Shown here one piece after another: positions 21,492 through 35,016 of a stretch of 64,000 bases of DNA. This DNA comes from Botryllus schlosseri (Eukaryota), in assembly GCA_051294905.1 (NCBI GenBank), contig CM119373.1, positions 7,998,001 through 8,062,000 on the forward strand. The letters run 5' to 3'. The translations under genes and the position numbers were made by a program. Every line of letters begins with the position of its first letter. Position 1 is the stretch's first letter. The notes beneath the pieces were generated by a model that saw nothing but the letters and a program-made list of their open reading frames with translations, did not search any database and was not told the origin of the DNA.

Positions 21492-23393
21492 TATATAGCT
21501 GTCATCGGTTCATAAATCAGATCCTGTTCACCCCATGCGAGTGGTACACCCTAGGGCCTAGGGTGTACGAAACACCCGGTAGAAAAGCATACCGTAGATA
21601 ATGTGCGACGACGTGGATCATATGACAATGGGCCCATTGCGGTGCCGAAAGTGTGGTATCTGGGGAGGCAAAACCTACATTTTGGAGATCGGGCACTCAG
21701 AGTCGAAGGGCAGACCAAACAAAATATAGTGAAAAAGACTCGGAGAAGCACGGTCGAATCCCTGCCGACGGAGTATTTCTTGTCTCGGCTCGTCTAATTC
21801 AATCTATCCGCAGATACCGACTCGGAGAAGTTATATATAAGCGAAATATCGCAAATTTCTCTTCCCGATGGGACGGCAAACGCATTGTCCGAATGGAACT
21901 GAAAAAATCGTCAGATATCGGAATTATTTGGATTGGTGACGGGTTCAATAGGTTCTCGGCGAGAAATTCGACTAGTCCGAATATAGTCGTCAGGGTTCGT
22001 AAGGTGGCTTCGGCGATCGTCGGGGCGACTTTTATCCGTCCGGAATGACATACTTGGAAGAAAAGACGACAAAATCGTCGAACTATAAATGTCTGTCTCT
22101 GACTCTATTATAGTTGAGAACAATTCCATAGACGAGGCATGCGGGCCGAGAACGCAATACCGCGTAAAATGCTGATCGTAAGCACGTCAGAAACGAGTGC
22201 TGACGTGTCTGGTGACGTAACGCGGATATATTTTATAACGTCTGGGCGGATATTGTGCGACGTGAAAAAGTGGCGCAGGAGCCCATCAGCTGCGACAGCT
22301 AAGGCTTGTCATACCTGACCCGGAAGTTGATGCGAATCGAGAAATTCGACGACTCGTTTAGAAGCTCCTCACCCATTTGCAGCGAGGCGGGTTATACGTT
22401 CAATTCACACACACAGTGCCCTTGAATTTACTATTAGGTTAGTTCGAATTATTTTGCTTCACACGTCAGAAAAAATAACAATTATTCACGATTTTCATTC
22501 GCACCACACTGCAACGTTTATCATTAGCACTAGGGCGAAACCGTCACACAGGTTGAAAAGCACTGATCAAGAGAATGGAACTCGATGAAGAAACGGGCCG
22601 CAAACTGCAGTGCCATGTGTCTGGGCGATTATCTAAGGAGTGCACTGTAAATCAGACCAGTGAACTTCACCCGGGTGTATTGAGTACAATAGTTCAGTGC
22701 CATAAATTTCAAAGGTTGCATCGTATCGCACATCGCGTGTCTTGATCAGATAATAATGATAGAACCATGTGTACTATATGTCTTTGTGGTATTCGTGGTA
22801 TTCATGGTGTTCGTTTCTGTAACTGCTGTATTATAGCACGGCCCACTTCCAGGCGTTTTAGAAGACAGCGCTCACGCGGATGAGGTGACCTGTAATATGC
22901 CACACTCGGTAAGAAATTTGGAACACCTATTATTTTGTTGTACGGCGATTTTGTTCACCGCATCTTCTCGCGGCACCCCGGAGCTGTCCAATCGGTACAC
23001 TGGTTGAGAGCCACTGGCATATAGAGTTTGAAATATACATAAAGAGATCGAGAATGCAGCACGCGACAGCAGGAGCGGTCGGCAGGCCATGGCGTGTACA
23101 ATGCTAATGTAGGCTAGTGCATAATAGCACGCTAGGAAGCCTCTCGTAGGAAGTAATATAGTCGAGAGATCTCAGATGTTTGCACGCTAAAGTAGGAACG
23201 GGCGGGTGGCCAGAGACGTTCCAGAGAGCGCGTAAGGTAGTATACAAATTAATAACAGATAGAAGATGGAGTCACGGGTATCAACGGCAGGTAACACATT
23301 CTTGCAAACTACAATACAGATAAGGATCAAGATTCCGAAGTTCTGGACCAGAAATGAAAACATGTTGGAAGTATATTCATGTTCAGCAAACGA

Positions 23394-23735
23394 GACAATC
23401 CGCTTTTACCCGTTAGAAGAACCGAGCTGTCTAGCAAACACGTCCCACCGCCAACACTTCCTGTAAGCAAATGAACGAGAATGAACGTTCAAAAGACTCT
23501 CGCAATGAATCGTGTTTACCCCAATTGTCCGTAATCATCAAAATACCAATCGTAAATACTCGTGGACAATCCGCTTTTACTCGTTAGAAGAATCGAGCTG
23601 TCCAGCAAACACGTCCTACCGCCAACACTTCCTGTAAGCGAATGAACACGAATCAAGGTTTAGAAGACTCTCGCAATGAACCGGTGTTTACCCCAATTGT
23701 CCGTAATCAACGAAATAACAATCATGACTACTCGT
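23394..23735. repeat. 171-bp tandem duplication
   Basis: GACAATCCGCTTTTAC..CGCCAACACTTCCTGTAAGC..GACTCTCGCAATGAA..CCCCAATTGTCCGTAATCA starts at 23394 and again at 23565. Confidence 0.9.
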
Positions 23736-24074
23736 AAACTACTCGTAACTCAGCAGTGGTGCTAATTGGCGCATTTGCGAACCAAATTCCGGAATTGTGA
23801 CTCATTTTCATGTTAGTTGACACCTGATTTTCTCAGTTTGGCGCGTAAGCACTATTTAGGTACTTTCCACATTCTTCAACTTCAACAGCGCAACGTTTCG
23901 CAACGAAACACAAGCTCATTGTCCATTGCCGCGACGCCAGCTGATCACTCACTCTCGCCGCGCAGCCGCCCATTTGCTCCTAAGCTACGCATGTTCCAGC
24001 ACTAGTACGACTGAGAACAGAGCAGCGTAACTCTCGACAATGTTGGAAATTTGGTTCTAATAATTGATGCGTCC

Positions 24075-25475
24075 TTAACAGGTTTTGTCTGGCTATGAAA
24101 AGCAGTGGTGCATACGAACAGCTTTGTGATGCTGGTTTGCTACTGCTACCTAGTAGAAGGACTCTTTTTAACTACAGGTTCGTTTTCTACTCATGAAAAC
24201 TTGGGTTCGGGCCCCAAACCCGGATCCAATTTCATATCTCACTTTTGTTGTAATAGAAGTGTCCATAGCTCGTCACCCAGATTTCTGGACACCACTATAC
24301 AAGAGCTAAAGGAGAAATCAAGATCAATGGAGGAGCATGAACGTCCTTTTGTAATCAAGATCAATGGAGGATCATGAACGTCTTCTTGTACTATCAATGG
24401 ATGAGATAAAAGGTACTATAAGGTGAGTTAGATCAATCCATAATGGATATCTTTTGTTATCATTGCTTTGTAGCAGTGCACTGCACCAGACTTTACAGTT
24501 AATCTTTTTGCACTGCTATCCAATGTAATCTTCCACGTGCCTGATTACATCTGATTAATGTATTTTCAGTGAAAGAAAATATATTTTATTCCGCAAGCCT
24601 CAAGACATAGTGGTAGGATTCGTCGATCTTGGGAGTCAAGACCTGCAAAAGCGAAGCAGCTACACACGCTCTTCAACTTTATGTCAGGGGCCTTGTAACG
24701 TCATTTTCCAAGCCCTTTTGGCACACTACGCTACAAAGTCTGTGGCTTCATTTCAACTTTCCTGTATATTTTGGGAATGTGTCGGCATGTTGGAGGATTG
24801 TGGATTTCGAGTAGCTGCATTTGTTGCTGATGGACTAAGTGCGAATCGCAAGATGTTCCAAGAGCTCAATAACATGAATTTGGAGTATCCATACAAATGC
24901 AGAAATATATTCAACCCCGGAAATGAAACATTTCTGATTTTTGACCGTCCTGATTTATTGAAAACCGTACGCAACAACCGATACACCAGTCGCAGTGGTG
25001 GTACTAAACTTCTCGCCAAAGATGACAAAGTTATACGTTGGCGGCATTTTACAGCTGTTCCAAAACTGTTTAAAACAACATAATTAAGATTCTGCAAATT
25101 GACAGATGCACAATTGCATATTTACGTATGCAAAGCTTTGCGAAGATGGGTGGTATTTTTGCTGCTCAGCTTCTGTCTAATAGTGTTGCACGTATCATGA
25201 GAGCGCGGGGAGGTGACGAGATGGAAGCTTCAGCATGGTTTGCCGATATATTCAACAAATAGTTCGACCATATGAATACAACAACCAAGTTGAGCTATAA
25301 CAGCGACTTGCGGCCATATTCCAGAACAGACGATTCACGCTTGGACTGGCTGCAAAATGAGTTCTTACCCCAACTGCGAAATTGGAAAGATTCATGTGCT
25401 GGAGCTACTGCAACGGACAAAGCGAGAAATTTCTAGAGCTGGCAAACCTATGAGGGTCTCGAGATAACTAGCCTA
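24075..25475 (+). pseudogene. P-superfamily (THAP9-like) transposase relic with spliceosomal introns
   Basis: RFCLAMKSSGAYEQL..LLLPSRRTLFNY|intron, LLVLSMDEIK|intron 24413-24569|VKEN..VGFVDLG, FVADGLSANRKMF, FDRPDLLKTVRNN, WQTYEGLEIT. Confidence 0.9.
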
Positions 25476-25619
25476 CTAGCCTGATTGTTGAATCGGACGG
25501 TTAGCACGGGAAAACGCCCGTCTCATCGATAGATGCTGGGAGATTCCAAGCAATGCTTCATAAAGTGTCCTGAGGCCTCGAAGCACCTGCTGAACTGCTT
25601 GAAACTAACGAATTGTCAA

Positions 25620-27012
25620 AAAAAAAATTACGAAATATTTGTTTGGTACCAGTACGGTGCCGAATTTTCGATTTTTTTCATAAAATTCAGATCATAAGTA
25701 GCATGGTAAGTACACTAAAACTCCTATGGCAAAAACAATAGGTTCAGCAGGTAGAACATTCTTAGTGCTTATACTGAGCCAAGTTTGATCAGGATTGAAG
25801 GTCTTCTGATATCAAAATTTCCTGTCCCCGTGACAGCATATTTCCAAAAAACTAGAAATGGGAGAAAATCAACTTTGAAAATTGAAATATATGTTTGGGA
25901 AAAAGTAAAGCAGGTATTTGGAATTTGCTGCCTTTAAATGATGCAGGCATGCTTTAATCAGTACATAGTCAAATTTGAAGACAATTGAATGTGTCTTAAT
26001 GCAAAATAAGTCGTGTACAGTATGAGTGATTTGATGATATTTTACTCAAAACTGCTATACCAGACTAAAAATATTTGCAAACTTTGAATTGGACATCAGT
26101 GAGATGTTGTAAAATCTAACAACATATCAAGAATACTGCGACATTGTCAAAATACCCAATATACCCATTTTAGGTCGTAGGAGTGAAGATACTATACCCA
26201 AATTTACCTCCGAAATCTTTCAAACATACAATTTTTAGCATCAATTTCATCATGACAATCCGACACTAATTTGAGTTGTATAACCCTCATGCATATGCAT
26301 AGCCTGTGCAGTTCCAATATCCTTTGCCAGATGACCCACAGTCAGGCAATTCACAATTTTTAGAACAACTCCATCAAAAATGTAGAAATTGCGATGAAAA
26401 ACGATTACGCCGAATCCGAACCACCATTATCAGATGTTGAAGGAGGTGAAACCTCCGATCTTTTTCAACAGATTTCTTTGACTGTTCAGTTCAGGAACCA
26501 TTGGTACTTTTATACCATGGTTTTATCTTTTCCTATGTCAAATGCCTTCGTATAGTGTATGTGTACGTCTTTGTCCTGATCGTCAATTAAGCGATTAGCT
26601 ATCAACAATATACCAATGCAATCTCGAAAAATATGCAATATGATAAACAGCGCTCATAATATTAACAACTTTCAGCTCTTCCCAGGTGAACGATCGGCTG
26701 CTGGGCTGTGGCCTGCTGAATGTTTTGAAAGTCACGCTTCATCGATTAGACGTATGACTCTTTTATTCATTGTATAAAGTCAGCACGGCAGAGTGATCAT
26801 AGACAATTTTCAGTGAGTTTAAAATTTAAATGAATGAAAGTGTATGTGGGGTGACTTTTTACGAAAATGGGAGATTTCTAATCGTATTTTAACATACTTT
26901 TAATTTGAAATCCGACAAGAGCTATACATTTTTGAAAAGAACTAGTTTCATACTTTGAGATTCTGCAATAAAAAAAATTTGAAAAATTGTTTCATTCCAG
27001 CTGCACCTTAGT
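25620..27012. mobile_element. AT-rich non-coding segment resembling a non-autonomous DNA transposon interior
   Basis: Abrupt switch from transposase-coding to AT-rich non-coding sequence ending ..TTCCAGCTGCACCTTA; matching left terminus not identified. Confidence 0.3.
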
Positions 27013-28116
27013 GCCTTAAAACTACTCCAATTTATTTCGACATCTTCCTATCTTTTCATTGTATCGCCGTTTTGCGGTGTTTTCATACGATTTAAATATT
27101 AATAAATCTGATTGAATCTCCAAATGATGCAGTTACCAATTGGGTGAGATACCTGAAAACTTCTGTACTTCAACACTAAAACTTCTGTACTTCAACACTA
27201 ATTTGGTAGCTGATCTCAACCCTCGTCAAATTTGTTACAGGCAAGCGTGAGTTTCTGCGTAGGTTAGTCACCGTCATATATACACCTACTGAAACTTGGA
27301 TATAGTAACATCTGCTTTGCTAGTGGCAACTAGCAACACAGCAGAGAATGCCTTTAGCTCCGAATTACTAACCAAAATCGAAATTGTACGAATGGACTGG
27401 TAAACACCATCACACATCATCCAAGCCATAATTTGGTTTTCGCCTTCCTTTGTCTTAGTACAGTTACTACCAAGTCATTCCTTTGCTATGCAACGTTAGG
27501 CAAGTGTAACTTAAATCTGATCTTTTTGCAGGTCTTGGTGGAGGATACTGATGAAGAAAGTGGAACTGTGCATTAAGTTACACTTTTTTGAATAATAAGT
27601 TTCTTTCATGAATAAAATGAAACTGAGCACAAACAAATCTGGTTAAGCAAGAGCATTGTTTATAAAGTTATATAGGTCATTTCCGACGTCTGGGCCTGCG
27701 ATACTTGATCAATGATCACCACCAGGTCTTGTCTTCATTGCACTATCGAATGTGCCATTGCCATCTTCGGTATCATTTTGGCCCTAGCGAAATGCAGTTT
27801 CTGAGCAAAGCCGACCACGGCGCCTTAAGTCGACCAAAATCTTTTAACCTTCATGTGTGCTTTGCAAAGTTTCTGAAATATCAATTGTAAATTGGGCTGC
27901 AGAAAGGAAATTTATATTACATATTTAAAATTAGTTGTGTTTCAGAGAAAAGGACAAGGCTGAAATGGATAGGCTGCGTCACCAGTTTCCCAATCATGAA
28001 GTCATTCTGACAAAACTTAGTGCAGGAAATACATGTTTGGTACAAATGTTGCTGTGAGTCTCATTTTAAAGACGTATTTAGCCTGCTGAAAAGGATGCCC
28101 CTACAGCACAGCTAGG

Positions 28117-28271
28117 CAATGTTCCCTCCAAGCTGCGCACGTGCTGACACGGTATCTGCGCACAGAAAATCTAAGTTGCGCACAAAAAATCCCAAGTGAT
28201 GACCTTATTTTTAGCCGTTACGCACTGTTTGTCCAAGGGTCTGCGCAGTGAGTTGGTGAGAGGGAACATTG
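28117..28271. mobile_element. Small hAT MITE (155 bp)
   Basis: TIRs CAATGTTCCCTC/GAGGGAACATTG; TSD CAGCTAGG/CTGCTAGG; GCGCAC internal repeats. Confidence 0.9.
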
Positions 28272-28664
28272 CTGCTAGGCCTAATATTTTCCATCAATTT
28301 GGGTCTTACTTTTGAGACAAAAAGTAGCCTTGTTGGTAAGATCAATTTATCTTTCACACTTCTTTTTCTAACATATTTTTTCCTGATTCAAGACAAAATT
28401 TGTCTGACTTTTTTGTAGTGGTATGCTATCCAAAAACTGGCTTCATATACTGACATTCCGCCATGACGAATATAGAAAATATTACTTGGCTCCAGCAATT
28501 AATTCCATTAAAATCAACTTGTGACAGTTGCTTTCTCAAAATACATCTGAAGTTTACCTGGATCTATAAACGATTGGCTCCATTGGCTAGCCCCCAAAGA
28601 GCGACGCAGCTACTCGGCAATCAGGAGAAATTGAGTTCGTATAATTTGCTGGCTGCTTTTCGAT

Positions 28665-29111
28665 GGTTCTATACCAATACCGAGAAAACCATTACCGAGA
28701 ATAGACGTTACCGAGAATGCCATTACCGAGAATGGACATTACCGAGAACGGACATTATCGAGAATGGTCATTACCGAGAATGGACACCACCGAGAATGGA
28801 CATTACCGTGAATGGCCAATGTCAAGAATATAGCTTACTGGGACTGACGTCGCCGAGAAATGCATACCTGAGCATCGATACCCAATGTGGCAACGCCCTG
28901 ATGCACTCCCACGACCTGTGCATCACTGCATATGCATAACATGCCTGCATTGCATATATTGCATTCTCGGTAATGTCCATTCTCGGTGATGTCCATTCTC
29001 GGTAATGTCCATTCTCTGTGGTGTCCATTCTCGGTAATGTCCATTCTCGGTGGTGTCCATTCTCGGTAATGGCATTCTCGGTAATGGTTTTCTCGGTATT
29101 GTCCGGACACC
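28665..29111. mobile_element. Foldback-type MITE (MULE-like) built of inverted 16-bp repeat arrays
   Basis: (CATTACCGAGAATGGA)n on the left, its reverse complement on the right; perfect 9-bp TSD CTTTTCGAT (28656-28664, 29112-29120). Confidence 0.92.
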
Positions 29112-29239
29112 CTTTTCGATATGGTCTCGAAGCTCGTCACAGAGTATACCAAGTGTTTCTCTGTACACAATATTACATTTACCAAAACCATTATACAGCG
29201 ATCGCAAAGATAAACTGACTTTGTCGTACGCAGATGTGA

Positions 29240-29735
29240 TCCGTGATATGTGAGATTTTAGTGGTAAATTTAATGTCGGGATGGATCCAAATTTATTAAA
29301 ACTTTGAGAACTAGTTTATTGGATGTCAGACTTATTGAAATGTCTGGAACATATGTAAGTCATCCGTCTAGCACTTTCTTCTTGAAACCCACGTCGTACC
29401 GGAATTTGAAGATTATCTGTAAATGAAATATAACAAACTAACTTTGTTATTGCATAATACAAAAACATCCTAGCACAACATAAATACCGTACCTTTCTAG
29501 TTCCCACTGACATTACTAATCTTTACTGAATGGTTCAATAAACCACAACACATGCCTGTGGAACTTTTCATCCCAATCTTTTGTCCGCATTCCTGTTATG
29601 GTCGGAATCATGTACAACCAACCTGTTGTTGCGTGTACTAGAGCTGCTGCAAATGGAAGGCAGCAGTATCGACCACCTCTGCTTCTCTTGCGATCTGGAT
29701 CTATTGGGCTACACAACATTAACCCCCGTAGTTCT
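29240..29735 (-). pseudogene. THAP zinc-finger relic of a DNA transposon
   Basis: GGRYCCLP(F)CSSSSTRN (frameshifted N-terminal CxxC) then YICSRHFNKSDI..GSIPTLNLP (CxxH and terminal vPtl motif). Confidence 0.8.
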
Positions 29736-29994
29736 GAGCGAGTTACTGAGAAATATCCTAAGATAGATGCATCCATAATAACGTACAATAAACTCTTAAC
29801 TTCCAGAACTACAGGCCTTCGAGGGGAACCTACCTACGTCTTAACCTATGCCAGAGCCAACGGAGATGTAATAATACAGCTGGAGAGGCTGCTTGTTACG
29901 AGTGTATGATACCGTGTCACTAGGAGCGCTGTCGGTCAAACATAGACGGCTCTCTAACCCCAGTCTCCGTGCCAGCTACGTTATAAATTGCTAT

Positions 29995-30440
29995 GATAAA
30001 ACAGTTAATGGAAATTGAAAAATAAAATTGAACCACTGCAAGTTAAATGACACCGTTTTTCGTGAAATCATATTAGGACAGTTTTCGTAAATTACAAAAC
30101 AATCGATCCACTGCCTTTAATTGGCACATTTCTTTATCATAAGAGCACAGTTAACGGAAATTGCAAAAGAAAATAGAACTACTGCGAGTAAAATGACACA
30201 GTTTCTCGTGAAATCATAATAGGACAGTTTTTGTAAATTGCAAAAGAAAATTGATCCACTGCCTTTAAATTAAATGACACATTTCTTTATCACAATAGAG
30301 CAGTTAACAGAAATTTAAAAAAAGTTGAACCGTTAAACCACTACAAGTAAAATGACAGTTTTTCGTGGAATCATATTAGGACATCTTTTGTAAATTGATC
30401 TACTGCAAGGAAAATGACACAGTCTTTCGTTGAATCATAA
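29995..30440. repeat. Minisatellite, ~145-150-bp unit, about 3 copies
   Basis: CAGTTAA.GGAAATT..AAATGACAC.GTTT.TCGTGAAATCATA.TAGGACAGTTTT.GTAAATT..GATCCACTGC recurs. Confidence 0.85.
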
Positions 30441-30577
30441 TACTTGAATATATGGCTGGTGGTACTGAACTTGAGTATAGCTTCCAAAACTATATCCATT
30501 GCAATAAATAATTTATCAACTCGAAGACTTATTGTGGCTCCTTATAAAGAGTTACCGGCACAGTAACAGAGTTGAAC

Positions 30578-30772
30578 GAAAACCAAATTGGCAAAGTACG
30601 ACATCACAATTCAATATTAAAAAGGAACGCTGTTTGCCTGTGTAATCTGTTGCGTAGTAAGTATATAATTTGATTTCTTCACATTTTTAATGACCACCAG
30701 TACAGCTGATTTTGCCCAGCGTTCGTTTTTGTCATTGAATTGTTACGTCATACTTGCCAATTTGATTTTGTT
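30578..30772. repeat. Degenerate inverted repeat (old MITE)
   Basis: AAACCAAATTGGCAAAGTACGAC..GGAACGCTG versus CAGCGTTCG..GTCATACTTGCCAATTTGATTTT. Confidence 0.75.
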
Positions 30773-30983
30773 TTGTTCCTATATGCTTGTGCCGAAAGGG
30801 GCGCACAAAAATGACTAGTGACCGCCACAGCCTACACTTCATTTATCATAGCTGTACGATGTACCCTGATGATAGTGTATCGACAATGTCGATTCGACAT
30901 ATACGGTAGTACGTATGGTATCCATTGACATCAGTGCATTGAAGAGCAATAATGTGTTAGATATATAATAATATATAATAACA

Positions 30984-32480
30984 TTACCACACCCTGTTTG
31001 AGGGTGACGTACGAACGGTGGACGGCACGATAGACGGTATTGGTTCGTCCAACCATCGATCGCTCATCATCCGCAGAATCTCTTCGTCCATGGTGTTTGT
31101 TAAACAATTGTAATATCCTTGTGCCGTTCGGAACTGATGCGTGAAGCATTCTTCTCCGCCGTCAGGAAGGCCTGTGTCGACGATATCGGCGACGAGCCGG
31201 CCGAGAATTCCCTCGCACGTTGCGCTCAGTATTGGGCGCTTGTTAGTGCGAAGAACAAGTCTATAACCAGAAATCGCCTGTCCCACGCTTCCCTCAGTTC
31301 ACCATTAGCAACGAGTATAGCGAACGGGTCCGGGTCGTTACTGGTGATAACCACGATGGTGGCGCCGTTGGACTGTTAAGCACCATCAGTTTTAGCAGAA
31401 CATGAGCCATGAAACATCTGCTTCAGTGACGCCGGCATACCGGCGTTGCCAAAACAATTCCTGTCAGCGTCGTCGCTTTTTGATATTCTGGAATGCGAAT
31501 TCATATGCAGCAGTCCCACACCGGGTGAGTCGTGTGGGATGGCACTAGATATCCGGGGTGGGAACAGCAAATTGCATGCAGTGTCTTCCCAGCTCCCGGC
31601 GTTCCTTTGAATAGTATGTGTGGCGCACACGACACGCTATTACCACGAGCCTCGATTACCGCACACAACAGGCAAGTCATCGTCTGGACCCTGTTCAAAG
31701 TGGTACCCTTGAAGGTTGCGCACATTACTCGATTGTTCAAAATGTCATGTACCATATGGACACCTTCATCCACAGCTGTGGTGCTCGCCCGCCGACGGTT
31801 ACGCCAAGATTGTAAGGCGCGGTGATATCTAACACCTACAGTCGGCGGCGATTGGTGGAAGCTTCTACAAACCAAATTAGATGATATGGTGAACCCCATC
31901 TTATCTGCCAGGTAAAACTCCCACTTCCCGAATGATGGTTTCTCCTCAAAGTCCAGATAGCCCCGGCTCACAGCCTGGAGTTGCACGGTCCTGGACGCGG
32001 CGCGCCTTACGCCTACAATACGAGCCAGTTTAGGCGGTAGATCGTCATTCGCTTGGTTCAACCTGTATATGTACGCCTATCGTGTGTAAAACATGAAATT
32101 GCAACTAGCTACGTGCTTAACTCACACGAGGTTAACGTGTGCCACTACGTCGGCAGTCGCCGCTGACTGATTACGAACGACATGTATGCCGACCCCTGCC
32201 AGCATCCCCCTTGCTTCGCCCGCCGTATACGACTTGCGACTGCACTGGAAACGCACTGATTGCAATCGTGTCTAATTTTCTCTACCCGTACAATTACAAA
32301 TTCGGTAGAGGATAATCGTCATACGATCGTGTAATTATACGTCATGTAGTATTACAACAAGTGTGGGCGATCGGTTTCACATACGAGTGTCCCATATCGA
32401 GCAATTCCGCCGGACCGGATCTCTTTTCGGTCGTCTACCACGTGGTAAAGCCACTGTCCACCAATGTACTCTATCGCGCA
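30984..32480 (-). pseudogene. SF3 helicase-encoding ORF of virus-like origin, copy 2 (frameshifted)
   Basis: Walker A GTPGAGKT (31582-31605), Walker B ISKSDD, motif C IVVITSN (~31337-31357), EAWDRRFLVIDL arginine finger (~31265-31290); N-terminal region aligns with copy 1 (ARIVG.RR..QL.AVS.GY..FEEKP.FG.WEF). Confidence 0.85.
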
Positions 32481-33674
32481 TGTATGAAGCCATATCACAC
32501 ATACTGTAGAACCGATGTAATACAGCCATTATGTCAACAGACACCACGTAAAGGCCCGTTATATTATGGTACAATAACTATAAACTTGTAGGGCATCGCA
32601 GCTAAAGGCTCATGTTGGTCATCGTGGTCGTTTGTGTCATTCCGTGTTTTTGTATACTAAAATGTCAGTTACACCAGGCCGCTATTTGTCCATGTTGAGT
32701 TGATGCATTCGCTGCCTACTTGAGCACGAACAACATATTGCCTGCTTACGACACCGCTTACACGGATCAGTGCACGATTATGAACCTACACTGTAAAAAA
32801 TATCCTTGGTATGTCTCAAGTTTAGGGTAGTTTCAGAATCCCCCTAGCTTGGACTCGTGAAATCAGTTTACTACTAATTCAACTAGGTGATTCTCAAGTT
32901 TCCTACCTGACTTGTGTTCCATAAACCAAGTCTGACAAAGGATTGACATATACCTTTCGCCTTGAACAATTGACACGAAATCAGTCGTCGGTAATCAATA
33001 GACAACAAAATCAGTCGTCGGTATGTGGATTCCAGCACAGTGTATATTACCAACAAAAATGCAACGCAACACACAAGACAATATTGGATATTGGATAACT
33101 GAAGTGACACAAATTCGTTATGATGTAATGAATACAGGTAAACCCACAATATATGTTCATTGTTCGACTTGATTACGTGATGGAGTAATAAGCCCTATCC
33201 TTCATATTCATCCAACGTTTTCGTAAACATTTTTGGCTCCTAATCGTCCCAAGGTCGCTGGAATTAAACTTTTCCGCGAGTCTCTCTCACTCTCTATCCT
33301 TCGCTTTGGTGGAATATTTTTTTATTTTCAATCACCGGATTTTCTGCTATTAAATCCAACAGCAACTTTTTTTATTGTAGAGAGAAATTTGGTTCCCTCT
33401 TTGCGGCAACACCATCCATTATTAAAATTATTGTTACATTATCGCTCGTAATTCTGTATTTGTTAGTTGATAGCAATTTAACCCGTTATAAATTGCTATG
33501 GCAGTACGGTAAATCGATACAATGGTCCTTATTAAAGAAATTGATTTCGAACCTGACCATTGCACATCACTACAGCACCTGTTCAAACCTGACCGTCAAA
33601 TTGCAGTTCACGCAGGTATCGCAGGTATCAACGCATGTATCACTCTTCCACGTTGTTCTGGTGCTCAGGTATCA

Positions 33675-33942
33675 AGAGAGAGAGAGAGAGAGATATGATA
33701 TTCTTTCTCGCCTGCACCGTCGAGATGCTTTGGCGACGGAGTTGCGATACGGCCCCATGAGGTCATCTAGTCTGCGCCCCCGTTTTTTTTTCTCCTCCAT
33801 GCTATCCGTGATTGCTGAGCGCCTAGCAGGATAGCTGCGGATACCATTTTTCGAGTCTTTGGTATGACCCGGCCGGGGATCGAACCCACGACCTACCGCT
33901 CGAGAAGCCGGACGCACAACCATTACACTATCTCGCTCGGTC
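33675..33942 (-). mobile_element. tRNA-derived SINE, probably V-SINE-like core
   Basis: Minus strand: A-box GAGCGAGATAGTGTAATGG, B-box GGTTCGATCCC, then CGGCCGGGTCATACCAAAGAC..AAAAATGG..GCGCTCAGCA (resembles the V-domain as recalled, not searched); ends in a (TC)n tail. Confidence 0.8.
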
Positions 33943-35016
33943 TGGACTCTGGAGTGTTTTCGGGGTGTGTTCAAGTTTGTAGAGTGATCAAGTATCGTAC
34001 AGGTAGTCCTCAACCTCGGACGGACTCTACCCCGCACCCATTGGTGTTGACGCCGCGGTTTCTAACACTGCGCTATCTCTCTATTTCGCATGCTAGGCGC
34101 AATGTCATAGTGCTTCGTTTGCGTCCACTGAGTTAAGTAAATATGTCAGACTGTTACGCGTCAAGTGTACCTGTTTGACGCTGGTGTGATCAGACTAGAT
34201 GACAATGCAAGCATAATTTCTGTACCGCCATCACTGCCGTTGCTATGTATTTTGGTTGGTTGAAAATAAAGACTCTCTCTCTCTCTCTCGTGTTGAATTG
34301 AATATGTTATGCTTGGCTGGTCGAGTTTGAGGCACATGGCTGCGAGCATCTAAGAAAAGTCTTTCTTTGGTTGAGGTCGCCTGCGGAGCATCTAAAGACT
34401 ATGCCATTATGTAAGTAGCCTTGTTGATTACACGATGAGGCAATTACTATTCATTTTATGTCAAGTTGGCGTAACATAACGGGGGACATAATATATGGCA
34501 TTAGGTGGGAGTAAAGAATACCTGTGGAATTCTTATGTCTCATAACTTACAGGTGATGAACCAATAAAACGACAGCGGGCGAGGTCGGGTGTGTTCAACG
34601 TGGTATGGTCGTAAGCCATACACGTGGGGCGAGATCGACTCTAGCGCGCAGAGGAGTAGCGTCTTATTGGGTAAGTCAGATTTTTACGATTTGATATTTC
34701 CTAAGCTTAATTGTGGCTTCTTTGTTGTGTAGTGTAGATAGAGATGTTCATGGCCAATGCTATTATGTAATTCTAATTAGAAACTAAGTTGAAAAACATT
34801 GCTGCTTCACGTCGGTCAGTCGGTAACTAACAGTTGTTGCTATTATAATCACAGGAATTGAAGTGTCGAAGAGTACGAGAGATGCTTGAAAGAATGCTGC
34901 CACAAAATCCTGATTCCGAAAAGGCCAGAATGACCGGTGAGAAGAAAACTAAGTCACTTACTGACCTCTCCTCTATGGACACGCTGATACGTAATCTGAA
35001 CAAAACTTGGCAAGAT

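Noticed and set aside
27380-27440. PHD finger remnant (WMMCDG) downstream of the 29-kb THAP
   Set aside because: Single short motif; the remaining Cys/His ligands are not recoverable
28463-29253. ORFs with repeated HYREWT/MDITENG peptides
   Set aside because: Translation artefacts of the 16-bp repeat arrays of the foldback MITE
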